This document shows, piece after piece, positions 13,770-26,700 of a stretch of 64,000 nt of DNA. The notes below the pieces were generated by a model. It was not told the DNA's origin and searched no databases. It saw nothing but the letters and a program-made list of their open reading frames with translations. Each line of letters starts with the position of its first letter. Positions within the stretch are counted from its first letter, which is position 1. This DNA is from Lytechinus pictus (lineage: Eukaryota). The DNA lies in assembly GCF_037042905.1 (NCBI RefSeq), contig NC_087263.1, positions 7,752,001-7,816,000 of the forward strand. Reading direction: 5' to 3'. The translations under genes were made by a program, and so were the position numbers.

Positions 13770-14801
13770 ATGATGCAGGATCATAATTTTACCGACGATG
13801 TATTTGATGAAAATCATGGAGCTTCTCCTCTTCGCTACATATTGGTCACCGTCTTCTATATACCTTGTATGATCATAACTTTCATCGGGAATACATTCGT
13901 CCTGATGGCATATGGAAGGGATAGGAGAATTCGAGAAAGCATAACCCACGCCTACATCCTCAACCTAGCTTTTGCAGATCTCCTGGTTGGTGTCGTTTTG
14001 TTGATTAACGCAGAAATATTTTACACAAGAACATGGAGTTTGGGCGGTTGGATGTGCATTTTAGCCTGGGTGTTGGACTTCTCTGCAACGAATGTCTCGA
14101 TGTTGACGATCATTGCCATAAGCGTCGACAGGTGTCTTATGGTACAGAACCCACTGCGACATCGTTCAAGACAAACCTTCAAGCAGGTAGCCATCATTTG
14201 CAGTATTCTGTGGACAATCTGCATAGCTTCACATGCAACCCTTGCCCTAACCTTCTCTTCCAGAACTGACTTCCTCCGCGACGAAGAAAGAATCGCCTCC
14301 TGTGACCTTGGCTATGGGAATAATGTTGCCATTATCTCGGTGATGTTCGTTATAGGATACTTACTGCCTGGCCTCAGCGTCTTTTTTCTCAATCTCAAAG
14401 TCTACTCCCAACTAAAGAGACGTTCAAGTACCTTCCAGACTACACTTACTCTTGACCCGCTAGGTTCCAGAGAACTGCCTATAGGCGGTCGTCAACACCA
14501 CCGGACCAGCTCGGTTAGATATAATGACATGCGGATACACAGAAGCAGCACAACAAGTCTCCAACATCGAAAATTCGCAAGGTTCTTGACACTTCTACTG
14601 ATAGTCTTTGTGTTATGTTGGTCTCCATTCTACATCTACCATTGCTATATATTTGTGACTTCAACGGGAAACTACAGCGTAGTGGTAGATAATGTCGCCT
14701 CTCTTATTCTTTGGTCGAATTCCGCCATCAATCCATTCCTTTATGCTTTCACCAACGTCTTATTCAAGGAAAATTTCATGAATTTTCTGAGATGCAAGTA
14801 A
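13770..14801 (+). CDS. Intronless class A (rhodopsin-like) GPCR, aminergic type (histamine H3/H4- or muscarinic-like), ~343 aa
   Basis: Seven hydrophobic segments with class A motifs: TM1 GN (FIGNTFV), TM2 LAFADLLVG, TM3 Asp (WVLDF) and DRC (DRY variant), TM6 CWSPFY, TM7 LWSNSAINPFLY; N-terminal NFT sequon. First ATG is 13770 (track start 13764 is TTG); stop TAA 14799-14801. Confidence 0.92.
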   Translation: MMQDHNFTDDVFDENHGASPLRYILVTVFYIPCMIITFIGNTFVLMAYGRDRRIRESITHAYILNLAFADLLVGVVLLINAEIFYTRTWSLGGWMCILAWVLDFSATNVSMLTIIAISVDRCLMVQNPLRHRSRQTFKQVAIICSILWTICIASHATLALTFSSRTDFLRDEERIASCDLGYGNNVAIISVMFVIGYLLPGLSVFFLNLKVYSQLKRRSSTFQTTLTLDPLGSRELPIGGRQHHRTSSVRYNDMRIHRSSTTSLQHRKFARFLTLLLIVFVLCWSPFYIYHCYIFVTSTGNYSVVVDNVASLILWSNSAINPFLYAFTNVLFKENFMNFLRCK

Positions 14802-15880
14802 GGTGATTCTCAAGGAGCAAGTGATTTTATCCAAATTACTTTTTTATTGTCGAATCGAGGACTTGATTTTGATTTGATTTTATTGTTTTATTCGTATCAG
14901 TCGTATAATACATTTTTCCATAACATAATAATATTAGAAACATTTTTGGCATGAATCATAGATAAAAAAAATGATAACAAATTATAACAAACAAAAATGA
15001 TTGCAGGAGAAGAATTGTCATCATAAACAGATTGCTTGAAAGAAAAATGACAACCCCAGATTTAAAACCCATTAATATTAATAATACCTTTATACAGCAA
15101 AAGCGTTTTAAGTATGCCAATGCTTCGTTTTAATTTTTAGGCCTTTCGTATGCTGTGATTGAGATATGTCAACTTGAAGCAATTCTTGAATACACCCCAG
15201 AAGTTTTGATCATTTGGTTAGTCGATGGACCTACCAAAGTGTTCGTCAAAAGATATCCATATTTGTTTTCCATAGTGTTAAACATCCATCTGCTTGTATA
15301 TATAATATAGGTTGGGGCCCGTTTCGTAAAAAACAAATTTGCAATAACATGCAGTTTAGAGCTATACTGAAATCAACGTGCGTTTGTATATATATGATTC
15401 TATTTAAAACGGTTCCCAGACGTTGACTAAACTAATGTTTTTTTTTCTTAGCTTGTACAATATACATATCCAGTTGTTACAGTTTATCCCAGAAAACTTA
15501 GAGAACCCCGGTTTTCAGACAAAGATATCACAATGTGTTAATTAAAAATCTGATTATTGAGGGAAATCTTTTCTCTGATTGAAAACTTACTGAATTTCAT
15601 GAAATCTAAAATCTGCCAGATAAACGATTTGCGCAGAAACTCATCTATAAATCTTTTTATTAACGCAATTTTTACATTTTTATTTCAGAGTCATTAGTCA
15701 TGTCTTTTCAACTCCACGATGGTGTCGATAAACCATTTATCTAAGTTGTGAAAACAAATATGTGGGGCTCATGGTTTTTTTTTTCTGGAATGTAGTGTGT
15801 AAGCAAAAGTACGTTTTGAGATATTGTGCGTGCCGCTTCATAAACTGTAACAAATATTATGAATCATGTCGATTTATTAA

Positions 15881-16479
15881 AGGTCAAGTCCACCCCAGAA
15901 AAATGTCAATTTAAATCAGTCGAGAAGAATAAAAAAAGCATAACACTGACAATTTCATCAAAATCGGATGTAAAATAAGAAAGTTAAGACATTTTAAAGT
16001 TTTGCTTATTTTTCACAAAACAGTTATGCACAACTCAATGACATGCAAATTAGGGAGTCGATGATGTCCCTCACTCACTATTTCTTTTTCTTTTTTTTAT
16101 TGTTTGAAATATACGATATTTCAATTTTACAGATTTGACAATAAGGACCAACTTGACTGATCATAAAAATGTTAAGACAATGGCAATTCCAGGTGTTCAG
16201 AGAGGAACGAAACTAAATGATACTTTGTTTCACAGGACAAAAAGGAGAAAATTTGAATATTTCATAATGAAATTCAAAATAAATAGTGAGTGAGTGATGT
16301 CATCAGTCCCCTCATTTGCATACAGACCAGGATGTGCATATAATTGTTTTGTGAAATTAACTTTAAAATGTCATAACCTTCTTATTTTACATCCGAAATT
16401 GATGAAATTTTCAGTGTTATGCTTGTTGGATTTTTGTCTTTTTATTCAAATAATTTCTTTCTTGGGGTGAATTTGTCCT
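15881..16479. mobile_element. Non-autonomous TIR element with TTAA target site (Kolobok-like)
   Basis: ttaa|aggtcaagtccacccca ... tggggtgaatttgtcct|ttaa with long internal inverted homology. Confidence 0.75.
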
Positions 16480-17148
16480 TTAATTTTGGTTTAACATATC
16501 ACTTTGTATTTATACGGGTTGTTACATTATTTTGTGTGTGGGCTATGACGGTATTATGATAATTTGTCAATCAAAATATCCCCTTATTTTGCGGGGAGGA
16601 GGGGGCTACTAAACAGAGTCCGCGGAGTGGTTTTGAAAATGTGTGGGATGCGTGTGTGTGTGTTTGTTTGGGGCTGACCATGTAAAAGCACAATCATTTA
16701 TGATAATTTTTGTACACGTTTATTGAAGAAATCCCCTCCCTCTTCCCGACTTCCGTGGTCTCTTACTGCTAAGAGGCGAGTGTATATAGACCTGCCCCAT
16801 ATTATGCCTCAGTTGCTTCTGCCCATTCAATGAAATATTAAGACCTAAGTATCCACCTGCTCTGTGTATGTATTCGTGTGTTCATCAATATTTTACGGGT
16901 GAGTTCCTTTCAAGATGAAGTAAAGCTTTACATCAAACAAGAATTGAGGTACTTGCATTCTTGGAAAAGATGATCGCCATATTAAATTTAGTCAACGTAC
17001 AGGCTAGGAGTAATATACAATGGCAGAAGATGGGGTTATATTAAAAAAAATAAGGACATTTTTCTTCTAATTCGTCGGGATCATAGGGGAGGGACTTGCA
17101 GGTACAATGTGATATTTCGATATTTCAATGTCAAAGGCTGTAATTTAC

Positions 17149-17818
<670 letters not shown>

Positions 17819-18723
17819 ATGAAGTATGGCACGAATTTTTATGCCCTTTTCAAATGAGTAACCTGACCGCAAAATATGGTTGTCTAGTAATGAGCTAATA
17901 AAATGGGAGAAGCGCGAAAATATGTGTGACCAAGTTTGAAAGAAAAAAAACCCCAATGAATTGGCCTAATTCTACCATAATTATGATACTGTCTTGATGG
18001 TAAGAAAGACATTGGCCCTAGAGGTAGGAAAAGAGAAAGGGTGTGGGAGAAATGCAACATTGTAAATTTCCCGAGCGAACCGCGGAAACCAAATTTATTT
18101 CTCAAATTAAAGTGATTGAAAGAGAGATCGAGAGAGAGAGCGAGAGGGGGGGGGGGGAGGAGAGAGAGAGAGGGGGGGGGGTGGAGAGAATATGTTTCGT
18201 TTAGTTTTGCATTCTTTGAAGAAAAAAAATGTAATGAGAATAAAACCTCACAGGCCCTGATTTCCTTTATCTTCTTTTGCGCTTTCCCCTTCTATAATTT
18301 TTCTTTTTGGGACTTTTTTAAGGGGGGGGGTGGTGCCAAAATTGTCCTCCAAACATGATCCTTGATTCGTCTGACCAGCGATGCTGCCCCACAATATAAT
18401 GCATGCTTTGTCATGATATAATCATGTACAATCATATCCCCCACTTTTCAAGACAATTAAATGATAATTTAAAAAAAAATTAATACTACTAGTACTGTTA
18501 ATGCGTATATTCATCTTTAAATGCAGTCAAATTGCTTAGATTGGCCAAATTTGCGTTTAAAAATGCAACATTTATTGCGCAGTCGCTCCGCTCCCACACT
18601 CAATCTAATCTTAAAGATTTTGGCCACGACAGATCCCTACGTTAAGCTTATTGCAAATGTTATATCCGCTGCATCATGAGAGTATGGTTATAATACGTTC
18701 CTTTGTGAATTGTATGATACCAA

Positions 18724-20580
18724 CATGGGCGGAAATCCCAGGGGGGACAGGGGGGACGTGTCCCCCCTACTCAAAATAGTAGGGGGGACACAATATCAAA
18801 TGTCCCCTCTACTATTTTTGGTCTTTAAGAAATACATCATTCTAAATCGAAATAAAACATGTATTTGGGGACGAGTTGGGACAAGATGACCTTACTTTTG
18901 GGATAACCTTTTTTTTTGCTTGTCAAATGTTCCCGCCCCTTGTCCCCGTAGGCGGACCAGGGGGCCGAGGGGCCCGCCCCCCCCCCCCCCTCTTGGCGGA
19001 GCAAAGAAAAGAAAAAAAACGGAAAGAAAGAAGGAATAAAAGAGAGAAAAGAGAGGAGAAAATGAAGAGGACGACGAGTGCATAAAACAAGATGAGGGGA
19101 AGACTTGGAAAATAAAAAGAATCTTTCGTGTCACTATATAAAACATTTTAGCTCTCGCTTCGCGCTCGCATTGCCTGTTAGGTGATTTACATACATGTAT
19201 CTTGTTCAATATGGAGCTCGAATATCAAGTTTGGAAGTCAATATACAAAACATATTTCACCTTGGAAATCGAACTTTCATTATTTTGTGTGATTTACAAA
19301 TTGATTTTTAAAAAGTGCTCTGTAAAAATGTCAGTTTTATGGTCTGAATATTAACATTTGCTGCTTGCCTTACAATTTTTCTACAAAGTGCTTGAAATAT
19401 AAAGCTGAAATTGACTCTTTTTTCAGATCGGAGTATCAAAGTTTCATGATTTACATGATTAAAGATGTACATGTATATAGAATGCTTAGATTCTAGGTCT
19501 AAATAATTTATGAAACACGTGCGCGCATGTTTATTCAGATACTCAACTTGTTCTCTATTTAAATCATTATCCAGTTTCAGATCACAATATCAAAATATTT
19601 CTGCTCGCGCTTTGTGCTCGCATTATTAATGTGGGAAGACCCAATATTACTCATCCTTTTGTACATCATGAACAGAGTGGCCCATTTTTAGGTCTAAATC
19701 TCGTTTTTTTTTCTGCTCGCGCTTCGAGCTCGCTTCAATTATTAAATTATATAGCTATCCTGTTCACGATTACAAAAACTGATTAAAATTTTCCATTCTT
19801 TCTTTAGAAAGTTCAAAAATTTTCAGCTTGCGCTTCGTGCTCGCATTTTTTGATTGTTGAAATATGTAACGCCTTCATGGCTAAGTGCAAGCAGTCATTA
19901 ACAGTTACCTTTTCAACAGGTACCAGTTCAAAACGTATATAAAAATTTTCTGCTCGCGCTTTGCGCTCGCATTATTAATACTCATCCTTTTCATGATTTA
20001 CAAAACATGAGTAGAGTGTCTCGTTCAGTAAATATTATAGGACTAAATCTCGAAATTTTACGCTCGCGCTTCGCGCTCGCATCAATTGTTTACTTATATA
20101 CCTATTCTGCTTGAGTTTCAATTCTTTAGGTGAAAATGTCAAAAAAAAATTAGCTCGCGCTTCGCTCGCATTATTTGATTGTTAAATGCTACTTTAACAG
20201 GTATCTTTTCCATCAGTTTATTTCTGCTCGCGCTTTGCGCTTGTAGTAATTATTAAGTTGCATACACATCTTTTTCAGGATAACAAACATTGCCCAGAAT
20301 GTTCAAATTTAAGGAAAAAATACATAAAATTTCCAAAAAATTAGCTCGCGCTTCGCGCTTGCATCATATAAATAAGGATTATGATACTATATATTAATTT
20401 ATAAGAATAAAGCTAAGAAGTGACTAAGGAGGACTGCCCCTTCAAAGAAACAAACAAAAATCTTCTTCGAGCTGCCGATCGGGGAAAATATGGCTGAAAC
20501 AAATTTCCGCCCCCCCTATTGGCGAAGGCTGGATCCGCCCCTGTGTCCCCCCTACCTTTTGGGAGAGATTTCCGCCCCTG
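18724..20580. mobile_element. hAT-like non-autonomous element (8-bp TSD) with a nested related element at ~18949-20543
   Basis: TIRs catgggcggaaatc / gatttccgcccctg; exact TSD GATACCAA at 18716-18723 and 20581-20588. The nested element is flanked by tgtcccc[g/c] and ends ggatccgcccctg. Confidence 0.85.
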
Positions 20581-21130
20581 GATACCAATGACTTAAATAT
20601 GGTTTTAAATTAGATTTTGAAAGGTCAAAATATCCTTTGAAGGCACTGTAATACACTATTTTATTCATTTCATAAAGCACCTTTTGTCCAAGTGGCGAAC
20701 AGATGTGAGAGCTTGTGGGGCTCTTGCCCCCCCCCCAAAAAAAAAAAAGTCACGACCCACACCCCCCCTTCCAAAAAAGAGAAATGGAGAAAGATTATTA
20801 AATTGGAAGGTATGGTAGGCCTATAACTGTCTGTATATTATGTCAAAGTCTATCCCAAAATTAGATTTTAGTGATAAAATTGTCCAAATTTTTGCTTGGT
20901 CGCTCGCTCGCTCGCAATACGCCATATCTGGCCCCCTCAAAATTCTGGGCTCATTACACAACTGCTTAGTCCCGATAATCACTATCCAATTTCTTTCATT
21001 CTCATCTCACCTTCAACCATGCAGCTAGCAAATTATTTTTCATTGAGCAAAATCTAGCCTGTTTAATCCTCATTTGCTGTTTGAATTCTTTTTCCCCTTT
21101 ATTTCTTTCTTTCTTTCTTTTGAAGTTTAA

Positions 21131-21712
21131 AGGGATGGTCCAGGCTGAAAATGTTTATATTTTAATACATAGAGTAGAATTCACTGAGCAAAATGCAGAA
21201 CATTTCATCAAAATCGGATAACAAATAATAAAGTTATTGAAGTTTAAAGTTTAGCAATATGTTGTGAAAACAGTCGTCATGAATATTCATTAGGTGGGCT
21301 GATGATGTCACATCCCCACTTTCCGTTTTCTTATGTTATTGTTTAAAATCATAATTTTTTAATTATTTCATACTTGTGTGAATAATATATCTCCCTTATA
21401 ATGAAATAAGTTGCAGCAATAAATACCTAATGCACTAAATCAGTTGTCAATCCAATTTTTCTAGTTCTTGGAGGAAATAATTTGAATAAACCTAATTTTA
21501 TATAATAAAATACCAAAGAACAAGTGGGGATGTGACATCATCAGCCCACCTAATGAATATTAATGACGACTGTTTTCACAAAATATTGCTAAACTTTAAA
21601 ATTCAATAACTTTGTTATTTGTTATCCGATTTTTTGAAAATTTTCGGCATTTTGCTCAGTGAATTCTACTCTATTTATTAAGTTATAAATACTTTCAGCC
21701 CGGACTATCCCT
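21131..21712. mobile_element. Palindromic non-autonomous TIR element with TTAA target site (Kolobok-like)
   Basis: ttaa|agggatggtccaggctgaaa ... tttcagcccggactatccct|ttaa; ~190-bp inverted arms. A degenerate relative lies at ~34060-34570. Confidence 0.8.
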
Positions 21713-22084
21713 TTAAGTCATTGATATTTTATCCTTATCATCCTCTGTTAATGCATTATATTTAAACAACTGAAGCAACTTTTTCAATGCATTTTTTCAA
21801 TAATTACCGACCCCTTGAAAGAAAATGTTGGTCATCGTTCTGTTTTTCAACTATGGAAATTTTGCTCACTCGTTTCACTCGCTTTCATATTGATATTTTC
21901 TGTAATTAATTACTTTATATCCCTACAAATCATTTATCCATTGCAAAAAATCTTGATAAGACTTTTATGGTATTATTATGTACATATTTACAGCATATAC
22001 CTATCCTGTCTTCCAACTTTCTAACTACTTAAATTATTTTTTTTAATTGATATCATCTTTAATTCATCATTTTTTATGTCACAA

Positions 22085-22772
22085 CAAATCCATTGCAAAT
22101 ACAGCAAATAAACGATATCCATACTTTACAATCTGCCATTTTTATGTATAAATTCTCAACCAATGCTATACCTACATCCTATCAAAACATTTTTACTTAC
22201 AATAGGGACATTCATTCATATCCTACACGTCACTCATCAGACTTTCATTTGACAAACCCGAAAATAATTTTAGCACAGAAAACAATTAGACACCATGGCC
22301 CAGATATATGGAACAACATACCCAATCATATTAAACTCACTGCATCTGTCTTTTCTTTTAAAGCTTCATAAAAAAAATACCTTTTATCCAGATATTCATA
22401 AATCTCTCACCTGCACTTGCACCCACAAGCACTCACTAGCACACACTTCATTTGTCAATTTCTACTTTTTCCCCCGTTATTTGATGATTCGTGACATTAA
22501 TTTTTTTTTCTTACAGACACAATTAATTTCTTGGGTTTCCATGTAGCCCTTCCCTTTTTTGGCTGCTATGCTTTCAGCATATATTTGCTTATATAGTTTG
22601 CCTCTGCATTTTACTTATTATATATATTTTTTTATATATTGTATTTATGTCTTTCTCCAGTCACTACATATAAGATTGTCACTTGGTTATGTACTTTTTG
22701 CTATATTATGATTATGTCTCAAGCATTGTAAATTTGTTTTGTATATATTCCAATAAATGCAGAAAATCCTTC

Positions 22773-22811
<39 letters not shown>
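22085..22811 (+). mobile_element. 5'-truncated non-LTR retrotransposon (CR1/L2-group) 3' end with poly(A)
   Basis: Translation IFMYK...HSYPTRHSSDFHL...TIRHHGPDIWNNIPNHIK...SFK is typical of the CR1/L2 ORF2 C-terminus; AATAAA at 22752 and an A-tract at ~22774-22811. Confidence 0.8.
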
Positions 22812-22812
<1 letters not shown>

Positions 22813-23309
22813 GTTATAGACCTTTATTACGGACACTGTGATGTACCCCTGTTTCCCGTCAATATAATTTCTATCTACCCCCCCCCCCACTGCTCGGACC
22901 AGAATTACGCCAGTGACACACAGGGCCCCTTATTTCGCAAATGAGAATATATATCTTACGCTTGAAATATTTATTTGATTGTATTGTATTTATTTTCCGT
23001 CAATTAAAAATAATATGTATTTACAATAAAAAGACGGAGCGATTGCCTAGCTACTTGGCGTTGATAACCGTGATCAACGCTGTTTTACGGAGGGGTCCCT
23101 AGTTTTAGATAAAGTTCAGCATAGGCACAGCTTCACTTTCTAAAACAATATAAAACATAGGCTTATACTTCTATTTTGAAGTTGAAAATTTAATTATAAA
23201 CAAATATTTACAAAGAAATATTATTGGTCTTATGGTTGTCGGAGTGGACAACTGCTGCCGAAACTAACTCTGGCCGAAAACAGAAAAGTTAGAGCGCCAT
23301 CATCGATGG

Positions 23310-23381
23310 GTTGCTTGGAAACGTAACGCTGGCCCAATCAATTATCTCACTGGCAAACATTTTCCTGAACTGAAGGTAAGC
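23310..23381 (+). promoter_or_regulatory. Putative promoter and non-coding first exon: X-box (GTTGCTTGGAAAC), CCAAT box, splice donor
   Basis: X-box-like 23310-23322, CCAAT 23334-23338, strong donor AAG|GTAAGC at 23375/23376. Nearest coding-gene acceptor is ~32002. Confidence 0.5.
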
Positions 23382-23789
23382 TTTTACTTATGTTTTATCG
23401 AAATTATCTTTAGGTTTATTATGATGATGGTAAATAATACTCTATAATTTTATATTAATTGAATATTTTCTTATATTTATACTTGATATACTACCTTAAA
23501 TAGGTTATAAATGTTACGTGTAGACTGCTGTAGATCTATATCTTGTCCCACGTGTTGACAATTATGTTAGCTAAGTTGTACTGTACTGTATGTAGCGTAA
23601 TGTTTTATTTTTTTGAGAGAGTTGAATTGGGTTTGTTTGGTAAGCAATCACAATTTCATTATTTTCTACACACTGTACCTAAATTTACAGTGCTGCCAAC
23701 TGTCATACACTGAGAGTGAGACTCACTCATTGTCATTTTGCCTTTTTTGGGACAACAAAATTCAGAATAAAGAAAGCTCTTGACTTCTT

Positions 23790-26700
23790 GTCTCTTGCAC
23801 TCTAGGCGACACCGCAATACTTACCCGTGTTAATAAAGTGGGACTCCGCTCACGCGCGTTTGGGCCTCCCTAGCTTAGAACTAAGCACTAATATCACCTT
23901 AAAAACTAAATCTACAAGGTATGTATAATCTATTTAGTAATTTGATAATGTTTAAACGGTACTCACCAGTTCTTTTGATGTATTTTCTCCAGAATTCCCA
24001 CGGATTTGTCCCAAATCTTGCGACAAACCACGTCGCGGTAGACAGCTGTACATTTTTTTTATTTATAAATAAAGCGCCCCTTACGATAGTTGTTAACAAC
24101 GCGGCCAAATCGTTAGGTTTTTTGCACTGTGTCCAAGGCTTTTATATTTTGTTTTATTTTTTATTTTTTAATAAATATTTTGTTCAATAGCGATTTTTAC
24201 GTCAAATATTAAATTTATATCACAAAATATTTTTTAATTGTAGAAATATACATAATATTATGCAATAATGTATTCTATATATATTTTATAATAAAATTTA
24301 TAATTGTTGCGGTCTTTAAATAAGGATAGTCGATTGATCAGGTGATGACCACACGTATCACGTGATCTGAAAATCAGCTTCATACCGCTTTGATCGCACT
24401 CGACGGTGACCGGACTGACTGCCAAAAAAAGATCGAAAAATGACTCAAATGTAAGTTTCCCTTTATTTTATTAAATTCAAATTAGGAATAGGAATATATT
24501 TAATGGGCAATCTTTTAATAAATGATAAACAAACGAGGACAAAACTCATATTTTGGGAGTAATATCATACTCACTCTGGGGCTACACCGCTATTCCAACG
24601 CGTGTTGGAAAAGTCGACGCCAGACGGGTACGTTTTGGCCTTGAATTTCCAGCAAATTAATCAAAATTACGGCCTAAATTTAGGTCTATGTTATCAATTA
24701 TATACTAATTTCATAATTATAATGTAAAACGGGTACTCACGGGTTCTTTTCTTTCCAAATTTTGTGTTTTCATCGCCTCTTCTGGCCAACTCTTGCGATG
24801 GATTTTGTCGCCATAGGATCCTGTACGTGCAAATCCAGGGCGAGTTGTCACATGACGCTCGCGAGTCTCTAGGGGTAATGGCCTTTAATCAAGGCGTTCT
24901 TTTTGCTATAATTTTATAATGACGCTTAAATATCGAAATCAATGTAGACGAGTCTGTGCAAAGGCATAACAGGGGTATATAAGAGGGGGCATAGTACATG
25001 TCGCATGTGGAAGATACAAGTTACGTAATGTAAGTCCCGAGCACTAGCGTACCTAGGGGGGGGGGGCAGTCTGCCCCCCCCCCGATGAGTCACAAACCCA
25101 TGCAAATTACATATCTCTGCCCCCCGGCCCCCCTGACGAGCTTGAAAACCTATTTTGCCCCCCTCCCCCGACGAGCTTGAATACCTATTTTGCCCCCCCT
25201 GGCGAGCTTGAAGACTTTTTTTTTGCTTGTCAAATTTTTTCTGGTACGATTGAAGACCTTTTTCATTGAAGAGCCTTTTTTTCCTTTTTTTTTGGCGGCC
25301 GATTTTGCCCCCCTGTGGAAAATCCTAGGTACGCCATGCACTGCCCGCGCTACATGTATGTTGGTAGCCCTGGGACCTCTGGATATTAACTAATCCAATT
25401 TAATTACAGATGGCAGATTTTTTTATTATCTGAGTAGCCCCCCCCCCCCGGATTATTTGTTCTCACATTACTTTCCTTTTTAAATTTCCTTTCGTTCTTT
25501 CTTTCATTTTTCTTTCTTTCTTCCTTCCGTTGCTCCTATGTTTTTTTTTCAGGTGAAATCCACTCGGGGGATGGCCAGCCATGCCCCCATCTGTTTATGC
25601 CTCTGAGATGTAGGCTATACTCATGATCTTAATCTTCGATTTTCCAAAGTAGGGGGGGTGCAATTTCTCAAGTAAAATTTGACAACCCCCCCAAAAAGGT
25701 TATCACAGAAAAATTGTCATTTTGTCTCGCGTAAGATTTGACAAGTAAAAAGAAAAGATGGTTACTAAAAATAAAAGACTCATTTTGTCCGTGTAATATT
25801 TGGCAAGCCTCCCCCCCCCAAGTTTAACATATCGGAGGCGCGATGGCTCAGTCGGTAGAGCAGGGGTTTCGGATTCCGGTGACCCGGGTTCGATTCCCAA
25901 GTGGTGCGCTAGTGCCCTTAAGGCTTATCCTCATTACCAGGTCCCTCGGAGAGGACCTTAAGCCGTTGGTCCCCTGGTTGCTTGCTCACAGGCATTCGTG
26001 CTTTTTTAGCAGTCAGGTAAAAAATCTCGATATAACATAACATTAAAAAAAAGTGAAGGTCATTTTGTCCTGCGTGAAATTTTAAAAGTAATAAAAAGAT
26101 GGTCACTAAAATTGAAGTTCATTTTGTTTGTGAAATATTTGGCAAGCCCCCCTCCCAAAAAAAGGTTTTAACTAAAAATGATTGAAGGCCATTTTGTTCC
26201 TCTTAAAATTTGTCAAGTATAAAAAAAAAAATCACTAAAAAATGAAGGTCATTTGTCCCACGTAAAATTTGACAAGCCCCCCCCCCTAAAAAAAAATGAA
26301 AGGTAGCTGATAATGATTGAAGATCATTTTTTCTTGCATAACATTTTACAAAAAAAAGTGTGTCACTATTTGGCGAGCCCCCTACCCTCCAAAAAAAAGG
26401 TTTAATTAATAATGATCGAAGGTCATTTTGTCTCTCGTAAAATTTGACAAATAAAAAAAAAGTTGTCACTAAAAAAAGAAGGTCATCTTGTCGCGCGTTA
26501 TATTTGGCAAGCCCCCACCCCCCTAAAAAAGTTTGTCATTAAATATAGAAAGTCATATGTTCAAAATAAAATAAATTTGGGAAGCAAAAAAGAAAAGGAC
26601 AAAAAAGAGCAAAGAATATGAACAAAATATCCCCATTACAAATATTGCTGTGATTCTCATAAGGAGGTGGGGGGGGGGGGGAATTAACTTTGTACGAACG

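Noticed and set aside
24557..24572. Stem-loop GAGTA-ATATCA-TACTC resembling a CRESS-virus nick site
   Set aside because: Imperfect nonamer, not conserved in the other module junctions, and no Rep ORF nearby.
25834..25910. tRNA gene
   Set aside because: A and B boxes are present, but there is no proper acceptor stem and it runs into a SINE body.
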